Origin: Octopus vulgaris
Taxonomy: Eukaryota
Assembly (NCBI GenBank): GCA_951406725.2
Contig: OX597833.1
Span: 4,712,001 to 4,776,000, forward strand
Direction of reading: 5' to 3'
DNA length: 64,000 nucleotides
The notes beneath the pieces are model-generated. The model did no database searches, had not been told where the DNA came from, and was given only the letters and a program-made list of their open reading frames with translations. A program made the position numbers and the translations under genes. Shown in pieces: positions 1 through 12,900 of this stretch (position 1 is the stretch's first letter; each line of letters begins with the position of its first letter).

Positions 1-2302
1 AAAATAATTTTAGTACATTAAAGCACAAAAGCCCAACTTAGTATAATATGACTTTGGGTGGTATTCTTGGAAACAATTTCTTCAGTGGATGTTAAAATGA
101 ATTGTGAAGCTAGGGATTAGTAGAATTAGTAGGGTTTGGTAAAATGCCTTGTGGTAATTGTATCTATTGGTGTTCCAAGTTTAAATCCTGCTGAGATCAA
201 ATTTGCCTTTTTTTTAAATATTAGTGTATCTTATTTGCCATCAAATACAAATTAAAGTTTTAATTTAAATTCTGCCCTTAATTTTATTATGATTGAATAA
301 TATTTTTTGTCTTTGCTAAGTTGGAACCTACTTTACTATTTCTGTCGTTTCTATCTTTACAGCTATGAAAAACGGTTATTTTAGAACCCAGATGAAATTG
401 CAATCTGCTCAAGTACGAATCATCATCATCATCATCATGTTTCCATTAGTATTTGGTTCCGCACCGTTTGTCACCAATTCAAAATCAGTGGTATGGATAT
501 ATATACTACAACCGTTGACCATTAACTCTAACAAGACTCGGTTTTGTATTGACTGCATCGTTCGGAACGCTCCGCAGTTGGCTCACTAAACCTGCTTTCT
601 CCACATCAACCATCCATGCTCAACTCATATCCATATTTTAAAAATGAAATAAAAATGTTTAAAAAATAAAAATCAATTTTTAATATTTTTCCCTAGAATT
701 TCAACTTATTTAGCTACAAATAAAAAAAAAAAAACAGGAATTAAAGAAATTCCTCTCTTTGTAATTGTACAAAAATCTTGTAAATAAATAAATATATATA
801 TTTTGAATTCAGACCCTTGTGTACTTTGGACGGTATATTTTAGGGCCTTAAATGGTTGTGGGGTTAGCGAGGGGAAGATATTGTTGAGTCCTTGCTATTG
901 AATGTAGACTGATTGAAAAGAGGTTTAGTGATTCGTTTTTGAACTTTTTCCTTTCTACACCCAATGGCGGCAATAACTTAGGGGACTGCAATACCACAAA
1001 ATCTACAACCAATTTTGACTAATATTTTGCCAAAGATGGCACAATGTAAATGATTTGTGAAATAACAGAACCAATATTAAATGGAAAAGATGGGCCCCAT
1101 ATATAATAATGATGGCTATGATCTTGTTCATGTTATTTTAGTAGCAAAAACTTAGTTGCTCTTTTAGTTTCTGTTAGCAACGATGTTTTTTAGTCTTGTC
1201 TTTTAGAATTTGCCATGTTTATGGAAGATAAGGAATGGTGTAATCAGTGACTAATGACATCCTAAGGGGGGTGAACTGGCAGAACTGTTGGAGGATTTGC
1301 ACTGAATGCTATGCAGTATTTGTTTCAGATTTCTGTACCGCAGGTTCAAATCCCACCAAAGTGTCCTTTGCATTTCAACTGGAGGGAGAGATGAGAAAAA
1401 AAGGATAGGTACCAATCTAAGGTGGTGGACCTGTGAGAATGTAGGACCAGGTGCCTTGTGGTTTTTTATGTTCAGGCTCTGTTCTGAATACTAATCTGTG
1501 TGTGGGAACACCCTACTACCACTTGGTACCTTGGTTGCTTTTTTTTTTTTTTCTCTCCCAGGGTCCACTGTAGCAAACCTTTGGGTCACATATCTCTAGT
1601 TTAGAGGATACCTCTCTCTCCTACCAGTTCCAGAAACCCTGCAAAAGGTCATGGACACTGCCTAGTCCCTTGACAAGAAAAACATTGAATCCATATTCCC
1701 GGTTTTACACCAGTTCTTACAACAATGACATGGCGTAGTCAGCCTCTTCCGCAAATAACTTTTCTTATTCTAAGTGTTTAGTTATTTTTATTCTCTTAGT
1801 TCTAGCTGAAACTAGTGTCAGCCAAACAGCACGGTGACCAGTAGCCATAATTTAATCTCATTACATATTGATGTGTCTTCTTGTCCCCACTTCTCTGAGC
1901 TACCCAGTTCTAGTCCACCCCTAACACTTGTTCCTTTCCTCCAAGTTACCCCGGTTGTTTAGTTCACCTCTATCCACATCCTATTCATATCATAAACAAT
2001 AAACCGATCTACTGAAGAGTAGATGTGTCTCTTCGGAATCTCGACATTCTGTTGTGAGTGCCAAACTTATTAAAAATGGTTGTCATAATCATCACCATCA
2101 TGATCATCATCATCATAATAATAAAAATTATCAAAAAAATATATATTCAATGAATAAAAAATTTAAAACAAAAAGGATTTCTCTTCTTTTCTTTTCAATA
2201 ATTTAGTTTTTTGCTCCTTAACCCTTTCGTATTCTGATTTATCAAATGTGATATTTACCTTATTTTGAATTAATCACGAATTATCTTGTAGCTTCAAGAT
2301 AA

Positions 2303-2697
2303 GGCGGCGCGAGCTGGCAGAAACGTTAGCACGCCGGGCAAAACGCTTAGCAATATTTCGTCTGCCGTTACGTTGTGAGTTCAAATTCCGCCGAGGTCGA
2401 CTTTGCCTTTCATCCTCTCGGGGGTCGATAAATTAAGTACCAGTTACGCACAGGGGGTCGATGTAATCGACTTAATCCGTTTGTCTCCTGTGTTTAGCCC
2501 CTTGTGGGTAGTAAAGAAATAGAAATAGGTATTTCGTCTGCCACTACGTTCTGAGTTCAAATTCCGCTGAGGTCGACTTTGCCTTTCATCCTTTCGGGGT
2601 CGATAAATTAAGTACCAGTTACACACTAGGATCGATGTAATCGACTTAATCTGTTTGTCCCCTCTGTGTTTAGCCCCTTGTGGGTAGTAAAGAAATA
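2303..2697 (+). mobile_element. tRNA-derived SINE family A (dimeric), inserted in a piggyBac-type MITE
   Basis: Head ggcggc..gagctggcagaa, B box gagttcaaattcc; 17-bp TSD tatcttgtagcttcaag (2282-2298 and 2698-2714). Confidence 0.85.
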
Positions 2698-3823
2698 TAT
2701 CTTGTAGCTTCAAGGTTTCAATGATGTGACAGGCCAGGTGTGGCTAGTTTCAACATAAAACCTGTAGAATGTTCAGGTGATTTGACCAGTTTAAATGCCA
2801 AAGGATTAAAATTATTTTTTGGAATCTTCGGGATTTGAAATCATAATCATCGTTTAATGTCTGCTTTTCATGCTGGCATGGGTTGGACGATTTGACTGAG
2901 GTCTGACGAACCAGATAGCTGCACCAGGCTCCAGTCTGATCTGGCAGTTTCTACAGCTGGATGCCCTTCCTAATGCCAACCACTCCAAGAGTGTAGAGGG
3001 TGCTTTTACGTGCCACCGGCATGAGGGCCAGTTTGGTGGTACTGGCAACGGCCACGCTCAAATGGTGCTTTTTATGTGCCACCTGCACAGGAGCCAGTCC
3101 AGTGGCACAGGCAACGACCTCACTCGAATGTTTCATTTGCCACTGGCACAAGTGCTAGAATTCCAGGAATCAACTTATTTTCAAACTTTTGGGTTCATAT
3201 CCACAATGGTCATCATTGCTTTTTGCCATCCTTACATGGGGTGGCTTGAATTTGATTTGCTACAGCTGGCTGCCCTTCCTATCGCCAACCCTCACCTGTT
3301 TTTCAAGCAAGGTAATATTTTCCCAAGGACAAACTGAAAATAAGGGACACTGCCAGCGCTGGATTAGCCATTAAATAAAATAAGCATGTGTTGAGGGCAT
3401 CAAGGGAGAGGGGGCAGCACAGAAATAGTAAATGGTTTACAGTACAAAAGAAATCACTTTAAAATTACAGAGATGTACTTGCATGGCAAGTGACCTGATC
3501 CGAGATTGGGTGCTGGAATGAAAACAATTGCAGTATGGAAGGTGTTTATAAGCCATTTAAAAACACACATAAAAACCGTTAGATTCACTTCAACATTTGA
3601 CCTGTTCACTAACAAAATTCCATGCAGCATGGAATTTTGTCAGTAAACAGGTCACCCCATCGAGTAAGGGAGACCGCTCACATCAGACGTTGGTCCCATT
3701 CGGGCTCCATAACAAAAGCAGAGATTTCACTGTGCCTGCTGAGACAGTAATAAGTGGATTGTTCCAGGTTATCAACTCACCTTGTATCAGCACAACTGAT
3801 GCATTGGTATTTGCTTATTGAAA

Positions 3824-4041
3824 GGTGGCGAGCTGGCAGAATCGTTAGCACGCCGAGCGAAGTGCTTCGCGGTACTTCGCCCGTCGCTACATTCCGAGTT
3901 CAAATTCCGCCGAGGTCGACTTTGCCTTTCATCCTTTCGGGGTTGATAAATTAAGTACCAGTTACGCACTTGGGTCGACGTAATCGACAATCTGTTTGTC
4001 TGTCCTCTCTATGTTTAGCCCCTTGTGGGTAGTAAAGAAAT
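3824..4041 (+). mobile_element. SINE family A monomer
   Basis: Same head and B box; flanking direct repeat ggtatttgcttattga. Confidence 0.85.
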
Positions 4042-5418
4042 AGGTATTTGCTTATTGATCTACCATTGATATAGATATATAAAATATGGCAGACATTTCA
4101 ACCTTAGTTTCTTTACATTGTGAGAAATGTAAGGCAAAGTCAAGCTTCTCCAGTTTGGTCAATCTGTTGCACTTCATTCTGTTCCCTTCCAACTGGTCCT
4201 CATGCAGTTATGGTCTCTCGGGAAGTCTGGCACCAAGTGTTCCCATACTGTACCTAGTTTTTTACCATTTTCTTTCTCCCAATGTTCAAAGAGAAATTCT
4301 TACCATTCCACATGGTTGGCAGCTACAGAGTTACAAGCTGTAAGGTTATATTTTTAACTGGCAGCACTTCAGTGTTTTGCGGTGCCTGGAATTTCCTCCG
4401 TTGTAATCCCACCTCGCCTGAGGATTTTCAGAATTTTCTGAAGATATAGTGAAGTCATTTTCTGAAGACATCATGCTGATTCCAGTTAAAAAAAAAGTGC
4501 CCAATATACTCTGTAAAGGGATTAGACAATTGGAACCTGTTGTGGCCCCTGGCCTTAGCAGTTCCTGTCAAACCGTCCAACCCATACCAGCATGGAAATG
4601 GACATTAAATGATGATGACTGGTGGTAGTTGTCCAGCTTCTTAACCACATTTCCTGTCATACAGTTCTTGTAATGGGTTATTAAAAAAAAAAACTGGCTT
4701 AACGGAATCTATTACTTAGGTGCAGACACAATTGGGTGTTTAAGAACTTCATTTCAAAACCAACTGGTTTTCGGTTCAGTCCCAGTGCAGTCAAATGCCT
4801 TCTATTATAGCTCGGGGACAACCCAAGCCTGAGTGTGTCTGACAGATGGAAACTGAATGAAGCTTCTGTGTGTGTGTGTGTATCCATGCATGTGATTGCC
4901 TTCCACCAGCTCACTGTAAAACAGTTTCTTTGGGTGACCTGTTACGTGTCGGGTGGCCTGCCCACCTGATTTGTGTTCTATTCAGTGGTGTGTAAATGCT
5001 GGGTAGATCAGCTCGAGCAAGGACCTTTGTGTCTGGGGCCATGTCTTGCTAGGTGGTGCTCAGCAGCTCACGTAGAAGTGGTTCAGCTTTTTGGCTAATC
5101 AGATCAACCCTGACACAAGACCACCCTCCCTGGCAAAGCTGCACCAACAGATGCACCACCTCCTACAAACAGGGGGCACAAAGAAAGTGCAAACTGTGCA
5201 AGTCCAGAGTGAAGTCCTTGCCTCTAGTTCCAACAGACCCCTAGAGTCCAACCAGTGACTGAGCCTTCCAAGCATGCATTGGACTGACCAGCCAGTTGGG
5301 ACACACTGTTCTGTCCCCTTCTCCTATGGGATGTCCTTGGTCAGCATCAACAACAAATGAACTAATAATACATACAGGTGTGTGTTAGTATAACACCTTT
5401 GCTAAATATTGCATCATA

Positions 5419-5751
5419 GGCGGGAGGGGAGCTGGCAGAAGTGTTAGCACACCGGACGAAATGCCTAGCGGTATTTCGTCTGCCGTTACATTCTGAGTTC
5501 AAATTCTGCCGAGGTTGACTTTGCCTTTCATCCTTTCAGGGTCGATTAAATAAGTACCAGTTACACACTGGGGTCGATATAATCGACTTGATCCCCTTGT
5601 TTGTCCTCTCTGTGTTTAGCCCCTTGTGGGTAGTAAAGAAATAGGTATTTCGTCTGACTTTACATTCTGAGTTCAAATTCTACTGAGGTCGATCTAATCG
5701 ATTGGCCCCCCCTCCCCCCAAATTTCGGGCCTTGTGCCCAGAGTAGAAAAG
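5419..5751 (+). mobile_element. SINE family A
   Basis: Same head; flanking direct repeat aatattgcatca. Confidence 0.8.
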
Positions 5752-6852
5752 AATATTGCATCACAGTTTTAGTGTCTGATATTCTGTGAAAACATGTCTG
5801 GGCATGAGAGAGACATCACCTTGCGCAGAAACTAGTGAAAGTTGGTGACAGGAAGGGCATCCACTCACAGAAAAGGGCCTCAACAAAATCCTTCTAAACC
5901 ATGCAAAGATGGGGGAAAGGTGGGCATTGATGATGATGATGATGGTGATGGCTATATGCATAAAAAAAAAACAATAAGTATTGACATATGCAATGTTCAT
6001 TTATCTTTTGTTTCAGTCATCAGGCTCTGGCCATACTGGGGCACTCCTTGAAGACATTTAGTACTTATTCTACCAGTCACTTTTGACAAACTGAACATTC
6101 ACCAAATACATGAAGTTGTTGTGAGTCAAGCTGGGACCAATGTGGACAGTCTAATCTTGTGTTTTAGATAACTTGTCATTAATTACTCTTTTACTTGTTT
6201 CAGTCATTTGACTGCGGCCATGCTGGAGCACCGCCTTTAGTCGAGCAACTCGACCCCGGGACTTATTCTTTCGTAAGCCCAGTACTTATTCTATCGGTCT
6301 CTCTTGCCGAACCGCTAAGTGACGGGGACGTAAACACACCTGCATCGGTTGTCAAGCAATGCTAGGGGGGACAAACACACACATATATATATATATATAT
6401 ATACATATATACGACAGGCTTCTTTCAGTTTCCGTCTACCAAATCCACTCACAAGGCATTGGTCGGCCCGGGGCTATAGCAGAAGACACTTGCTCAAGAT
6501 GCCACGCAGTGGGACTGAACCCGGAACCATGTAGTTGGTTTAAACAATAAATTTTATGCACAACACAGATACACACATAGTGGAAGTCACTTGTTATTAC
6601 CAGGGATAATGTAAGCGAAAGCTTATTGGGGATGTAAACAAACCAACACTGGTTGTCAAGCTGTGGTGGAACAGAAACATGGACACACAACAGGCTTCTT
6701 TCAGTTTCTGCCTATCAAATCCACTTGCAAGGTTTTTGGTCAGCTTAAGGCTACAGTGAGCCCTGCAGTAGGACTGAACCCAGTGGGAATCGAACTCATT
6801 ACCACAGAGCCTCACCTGCACCGGTTGTGAGCATTATTATTATTATGTGACG

Positions 6853-7660
6853 GCTAACTGGCTTCCGTGCCGGTGGCACGTAAATGGCACCATTCGAGCG
6901 TGATCGTTACCAGCATTGCCTTACTGGCACCTGTGCCGCTGGCATGTATAAAAAGATTTGAGCGAGGTCATTGCCAGTACCGCCTGACTGGCCCCCATAC
7001 CAGTGGCATGTAAAAGCACCCACTACACTCTCGGAGTGGTTGGCATTAGGAAGGGCATCCAGCTGTAGAAACTCTGCCAGATCAAGATTGGAGCCTGGTG
7101 CAGCCATCTGATTTGCCAGCCCACAGTCAAATCGTCCAACCCATGCTAGCATGGAAAGCGGACGTTAAACAATGATTATTATTATTATTATTATTATTAA
7201 TATCTGTTTGCCAGCCTCATCTGGCACCTGTGCGGGTGGCACGTAAAAAGCACCCACTACACTCACGGAGTGGTTGGCGTTAGGAAGGGCATCCAGCTGT
7301 AGAAACTCTGCCTGATCAAGATTGGAGCCTGGTGCAGCCATCTGGTTTGCCAGCCCACAGTCAAATCGTCCAACCCATGCTAGCATGGAAAGCGGACATT
7401 AAACAATGATTATTATTATTATTATTATTATTAAATATCTGTTTGCCAGCCTCATCTGGCACCTGTGCGGGTGGCACGTAAAAAGCACCCACTACACTCA
7501 CGGAGTGGTTGGCGTTAGGAAGGGCATCCAGCTGTAGAAACACTGCCAGATCAGACTGGGCCTGATGCAGCCTTCTGGCTTCCCAGACCCCAGTTGAACC
7601 GTCCAACCCATGCCAGCATGGAAAACGGACGTTAAACGTTGATGATGATGATGATGATTA
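6853..7660 (+). mobile_element. Three tandem copies of SINE-like family C with (GAT/TAT)n tails
   Basis: gagtggttggcgttaggaagggcatccagctgtagaaac...ccatgctagcatggaaagcggacgttaaac repeated three times. Confidence 0.8.
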
Positions 7661-8137
7661 TTATTATTATTATTATTATTATGTGGTGAGGAAAACAACA
7701 ACAATAGTTAGTGGCTGATATTGTTAGACATGCGTTGCTGAGGGGTTAGTAAAATACACAACATCTGTTGTAAGATTTTACTGAACGATGGACTTACCTG
7801 AAACTCGGTGTTACACTGTGGGACTAAACCTGATATCAACAGGTATGGGTGATACTGTACTACGTCAGTTCAACAGGCTAAGCAAGCGGATATACAAGGG
7901 GCACAAAGGTTAACGAACATGCATTTTACAAGGCTGAAGAACATGGGAAGATAATTAAAGACAAGAGCAAACAAAAAAAAAAAGAAGCACAATGAAATTT
8001 GTGTACGAAATTAATTTAATTTAATTTAAAAAAAAAAAAACAAACAGAAATTATAAACAAGTCCCTAAATGACATCTGGATATTAACTGGATCTTAATGG
8101 AATTTCTGCATTAACTGAATGGAGACAACCACAAACA

Positions 8138-8171
<34 letters not shown>

Positions 8172-8339
8172 ATGAGAGAAACCACATTTTATGCTTGTTT
8201 TCCATAACTGCATCGGTTGGAGAGTATGGAAAGTTGACAAAATGACAATGAGATTACCATTTGTGGCTCCCCTTCTCATTATATATATAAAATTGTATAT
8301 ATATCAGCATGTATGTATGTATATATACATACATACATG

Positions 8340-8370
<31 letters not shown>

Positions 8371-8385
8371 TTTAGATATTTCAAT

Positions 8386-8447
8386 TAACCTGAAGATTGA
8401 CTGTAACCATAACTCGAATTGTACAGCCATGAAACGATCGTAGTGTT
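8386..8447 (+). ncRNA. Degenerate hammerhead-like motif
   Basis: CTGAAGA-ttgactgta...tacagccat-GAAA-cgatcg-TA; palindromic stem III, weak stem I. Confidence 0.4.
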
Positions 8448-8634
8448 TTACTCTTTATTTTTTATTAAACTTTTAATACTTTTGATATATATTTAAAATA
8501 ATATAAATTAATTAATTTTATGTATTGGCTTATGTTTTTCATTGTTTGATTTGCCAAATAGTGGTTTTATCTCTAATTTAATATAATATAATATATATAT
8601 CTGTAAATTAATGTTACCATTATACAATAGTCAA

Positions 8635-8695
8635 GATAAAACTCTGAGTTTCAGATGCTGAAGTGGATATCCACAACACCATCTCTTCGGTTATC
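8635..8695 (-). ncRNA. Variant hammerhead-like motif in the probable 3' UTR
   Basis: gataa-CCGAAGA-gatg...catc-t-GAAA-ctcagag-TT-ttatc; U4C variant, long stem II. Confidence 0.45.
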
Positions 8696-8814
8696 TGGCC
8701 ATCTAAGAGATTAACTATTGTATAATTGTCACATATTAATTTACAGATAAATTTCCTCTATTTACATAATATTGAGGTCTCTTTCTTTCTTTTGTTATCT
8801 TACCGTTTTTACCA

Positions 8815-8860
<46 letters not shown>

Positions 8861-10560
8861 TTGTATGCCATTGTCTATATGATTTGTCTGCTAACCACAA
8901 ACTGTGCAGAAAGATAAAAGATTGTCTCTTACTAACATGCAGATAACATCACAGAGTTTATATATATATATATAGATATATTACACACAGACACACACAT
9001 ATATATATATATACGTGGGTGTGTGTGTAGTATATACCCAGAGTAAAAAATGTCAAACAAACAAAAAAAAGCATCAGATATAAACTAACAATTAATTTCA
9101 ATTAATTGGATTTGATAAAACATTTTTTTTTTTTTCAAAAATCATCTCCCCCCCTCCTCTGTTCTTGTTAAGTTCTAGCAATTTAACAAACCAGACTTTA
9201 ACACAAAATAATTCTTTTCTGAAGAATTTACAATGATAATGCGGAGGGGAGGGGAAGAGGGGGGAGATATGGGTGGGAGGAAGAGGAGTAACGGGGGGAG
9301 GGGGACAAGCTCCTACCCTTCCGGTCAATTACTCAAATAATTTTTTTGTTGTTGATTAAAATGACTTTTATTTTGTTATACATACATATATGACTATATA
9401 TATATATACACATATATATATATATATATTTTTTCTTTTATTCCATTTGTAGTATTTCCAGAGCAGCAAATTTTGGCCATTATGGAGATGGGGCATCAAT
9501 GCTTTAAAAATTTTCTTTTTTCTATTTATTCTTTAAACATTTTTACATTCTTATAATAACTACCAGTTTTATTTTTTTTTGTCCATTTTTGGTAAGCACT
9601 TCAATAAGAAGTGATCTGCCATAGTTTCTTTCAGACAGGCAATAACTTTTATCAACTGTTTCCCTCCTGAAAGAAGGGGGTGACGATAAAACAAAGTCAA
9701 CTGAAGTTAAACCACTTCGACTCAAAGACAAACCATAACCCACCTCTACCTCCTGCCTCCATGGTAAATATTTCTTCTGAAACTCTGCCAATTCCAAGAG
9801 TATAACAACCTTTCTGCAATATCTATAATACAGATTCGTTTACCATTATTATTATTATTATTATTATTGTTGTTGTCAGCCACTCTATTTCCAAGGAAAT
9901 GAGCTTCTGTTTATCTGATGTGTGTGTTTGTGTTGGTGTGGTCGAGGTTGGAGGTAGGGGTGCGCATGGTCATGATTAAATTGAAATTACAAAATACATG
10001 GTTTTCTTAAAAAAATTTACAAAAAAAAAAAATTTAAAAAAAAGAAGTTGGTTAGAACTCGTTTGGAGAACTGGAAGTTTCTGGTTGGTTTATATATATT
10101 TTTTTTATTGTATGTATTGTTGTTGTAAGTGGTGGTGGCAATAGTGAAGGGGGAAGGGGTGGGGGAACGAGCAGCGAAACCGTTTCCCACTTGACGACGT
10201 TGAAGAAGTCCTCGGAATATTCTCGCGGTTGTCCTGCAGTGATTAGTAACAATAGTAGTAGTAGTAGTAACAGTTGTGGTGTTGTGGTTGTTGTAGTAGT
10301 AGTATGTCAATGAGCAAATGTGTGCAGACTAATAAGGCAAAATATATAGGTCCTGCACACACACACACACACACACAAAAAAAAAAAGGGATCTGGTATG
10401 CAGGACATTCGCTTCTCCACCACCACCACCACCACCACCACCACCACCACCACCACTGCCATTATCTCCACCACCACCACCACCACCACCACTGCCATTA
10501 TCTCCATCATCACCACCACCACTGTCATCATCCTCAGTAGGTTCAATACCAACTTCTAAT

Positions 10561-10625
10561 TTAGTCGTCCCAATCATCGTCCAAATTTTCATCATCATCG
10601 CTGTCTTCCTCATCACTTTCACCAT
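10561..10625 (-). CDS. WASL: N-WASP last coding exon, acidic domain (DGESDEEDSDDDENLDDDWDD*)
   Basis: ttttgcag acceptor, phase 1, TAA at 10563-10561; acidic tail with the Arp2/3-binding Trp. Confidence 0.96.
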
Positions 10626-10768
10626 CTGCAAAAACAAAAAACCAAAAAACAAATGAACAGATTTTTGCGAGGTGCATTTTTCTCTTTTTCTTGTTTTTTT
10701 TTTTGTACTTATTTCACTTCCTTGACCACTGGACATTTAAAATGTTTTTTGAAAGCCTGGTAGTTAAT

Positions 10769-11326
10769 CTTATTTCTTTACTACCCACAAGGGGCTAAAC
10801 ACAGAGAGGACAAACAAGGACAGACAACCGGATTAAGTCGATTATATTGACCCCAGTGCGTAAATGGTACTTAATTTATCGACCCCCGAAAGGATGAAAG
10901 GTAAGGTAGACCTCGGCGGAATTTGAACTCAGAACATAGCGATAGGTGAAATACCTATTTCTTTACTACCCACAAGGGGCTAAACACAGAGAGGACAAAC
11001 AAGGACAGACAACCGGATTAAGTCGATTATCTTGACCCCAGTGCGTAAATGGTACTTAATTTATCGACCCCCGAAAAGATGAAAGGTAAGGTCGACCTCG
11101 GCGGAATTTGAACTCAGAACATAGCGATAGGTGAAATACCTATTTCTTTACTACCCACAAGGGGCTAAACACAGAGAGGACAAACAAGGACAGACAACCG
11201 GATTAAGTCGATTATATTGACCCCAGTGCGTAAATGGTACTTAATTTATCGACCCCCAAAAGGATGAAAGGCAAAGTCGACCTCGGCGGAATTTGAACTC
11301 AGAAAGTAATGGCAGACGAAATACCT
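10769..11326 (-). mobile_element. SINE family A body, three tandem units
   Basis: About 185-bp unit (tttctttactacccacaagggg...gaaatacc) repeated three times. Confidence 0.85.
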
Positions 11327-11756
11327 GAACTGCTAAGTTATGAGGACAGAAATGCAGCAACAACCGGTTGCGAAATGGTAGTGGGGGACAACACAAACAC
11401 ACAAAGCACGTGTGAGTGTGTGACTGTGTGTGTGTATCATCATCATCGTTTAACGTCCGCTTTCCATACTAGCATGGGTTGGACGATTTGATGACAGAGC
11501 TGGCTGCACCAGGCTCCAATCTTGATCTGGCAGAGTTTCTACAGCTGGATACCCTTCCTAACGCCAACCACTCCAAGGGTGTAGTGAGTGCCTTTTACGT
11601 GTCACTGGCATGGGGGCCAGTAAGGCAACGTTGTTAACGATCACGCTTGAATGGTGCCCTTTTACGTGCCATCGGCACAAAAGCCAGTTGGCTACTTTGG
11701 CAACGATCACACTCGGATGGCTGCTCTGGCAATATATATATATATATATATATATA

Positions 11757-12050
11757 GTAGTGAGTTCGATTCCTGCACCAGGCAGCGTGTTGGGTTCTTG
11801 AGCAATACACTTTATTTCACATTGCTCCAGTTCACTCAGCTGTAGAAATGAGTTGTGACATCACTGGTGCCAAGCTGTATCGGCCCCTTTGCCTTTCCCT
11901 TGGATAACATCAGTGGCATGGAGAGGGGAGGCTACTATGAACGGGCACCTCGAATGCTGGTCTTCTGTAAGCTTACCTGGACCAGTGCCTTGGAGGGGAA
12001 CTTTCTGGGTGCAATCCCATGGTCATTCGTAACAGATGGGGGTCTTTAGC
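11757..12050 (+). mobile_element. 5'-truncated tRNA-derived SINE, fourth family
   Basis: B box gagttcgattcc followed by ttgagcaatacactttatttcac...cactcagctgt. Confidence 0.5.
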
Positions 12051-12797
12051 CTTTGTATATCTCTTTTACTTGTTTCAGTCATCAGACAAAGCAAAAACAA
12101 TCACTTGGGTTATATGTGATGCTTTGAGGGCAAATCAAGACGAACGTCTCCAGTCTTCTTATTCTGCCGCCCAAAAGGCTAACCCCTGAATGGTACTGAC
12201 CAACAGCCCCTTAAGGTAAACCAATGAAGGAACCTCTCTATAGCGTTCGCTTGATCCTTGATTTGGCTGTTAGAAAGAGCAGCCATAACCTGCAGAAATC
12301 AAACACTGATGTAAATGGAAAGACACAGTAGACAATGTAGCCCCAGGTAAGAAGAAAGTTGGAAAGGTCATGGCAAGATCATCTTTGATCACAGGTTGGC
12401 TGGATCAGGGCTGTTTGATGGGTGGGGCGGGGCGGAGGGAGGTAAACAAGAACAACAATCACGTCCTCTCCACCACCAACAAAGGAGGGAACCACTACAA
12501 GGTCATTCAACCTGCTAAGAAATAGCAGTCAAATCTCCCTCAAATCACAGCTGTGTCTTGAAAAAGAGGACTCCTTGAATATTGTACTCCTAGATGTACT
12601 ATGCTTCAGAGAGGGACAGAGCTAGCTGGGAGTGGAACACTTTGATTAGAGCTGACTTCAGAGACTAATGCTTCACCACCGCCATCACATACAGAATCCT
12701 CATCATTTAACGTCCGTTTTCCATGCTAGCATGGGTTGGACGGTTCGGCCGGGGTCTGGGAAGAATAGAAAATAAATAAATAGAAAATGTTATTTAC

Positions 12798-12900
12798 CAG
12801 ATCCTTGCAAGGTTTTCTTTCTGTTGGCCAGTGCTCGGGACAATGCTCCGACAATTCCAGTGTCCTCAATGCCGGGGGACTGCGGGGTGCCGGCTTCCAC
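12798..12900 (-). CDS. WASL: N-WASP exon, central (C) domain (VEAGTPQSPGIEDTGIVGALSRALANRKKTLQGS)
   Basis: cttgcag acceptor, CTG|gtaaat donor, 103 nt, phase 0/1; GIVGAL..AL..R motif. Confidence 0.95.

Larger units (their letters stand above)
7900..10560 (-). other. Probable long 3' UTR of N-WASP
   Basis: SINE-free stretch after the stop, with U-rich tracts and several AATAAA on the minus strand (tttatt near 10104, 9568, 9525, 9437, 9367, 8455); distal end uncertain. Confidence 0.5.

Noticed and set aside
2012-2050. CTGAAGA...GGAA hammerhead-like sequence
   Set aside because: GAAA core, cleavage triplet and stem I are not satisfied
2303-2400. tRNA genes at SINE heads
   Set aside because: Only A/B boxes remain, no full cloverleaf is evident, and the heads are attached to repeated SINE bodies
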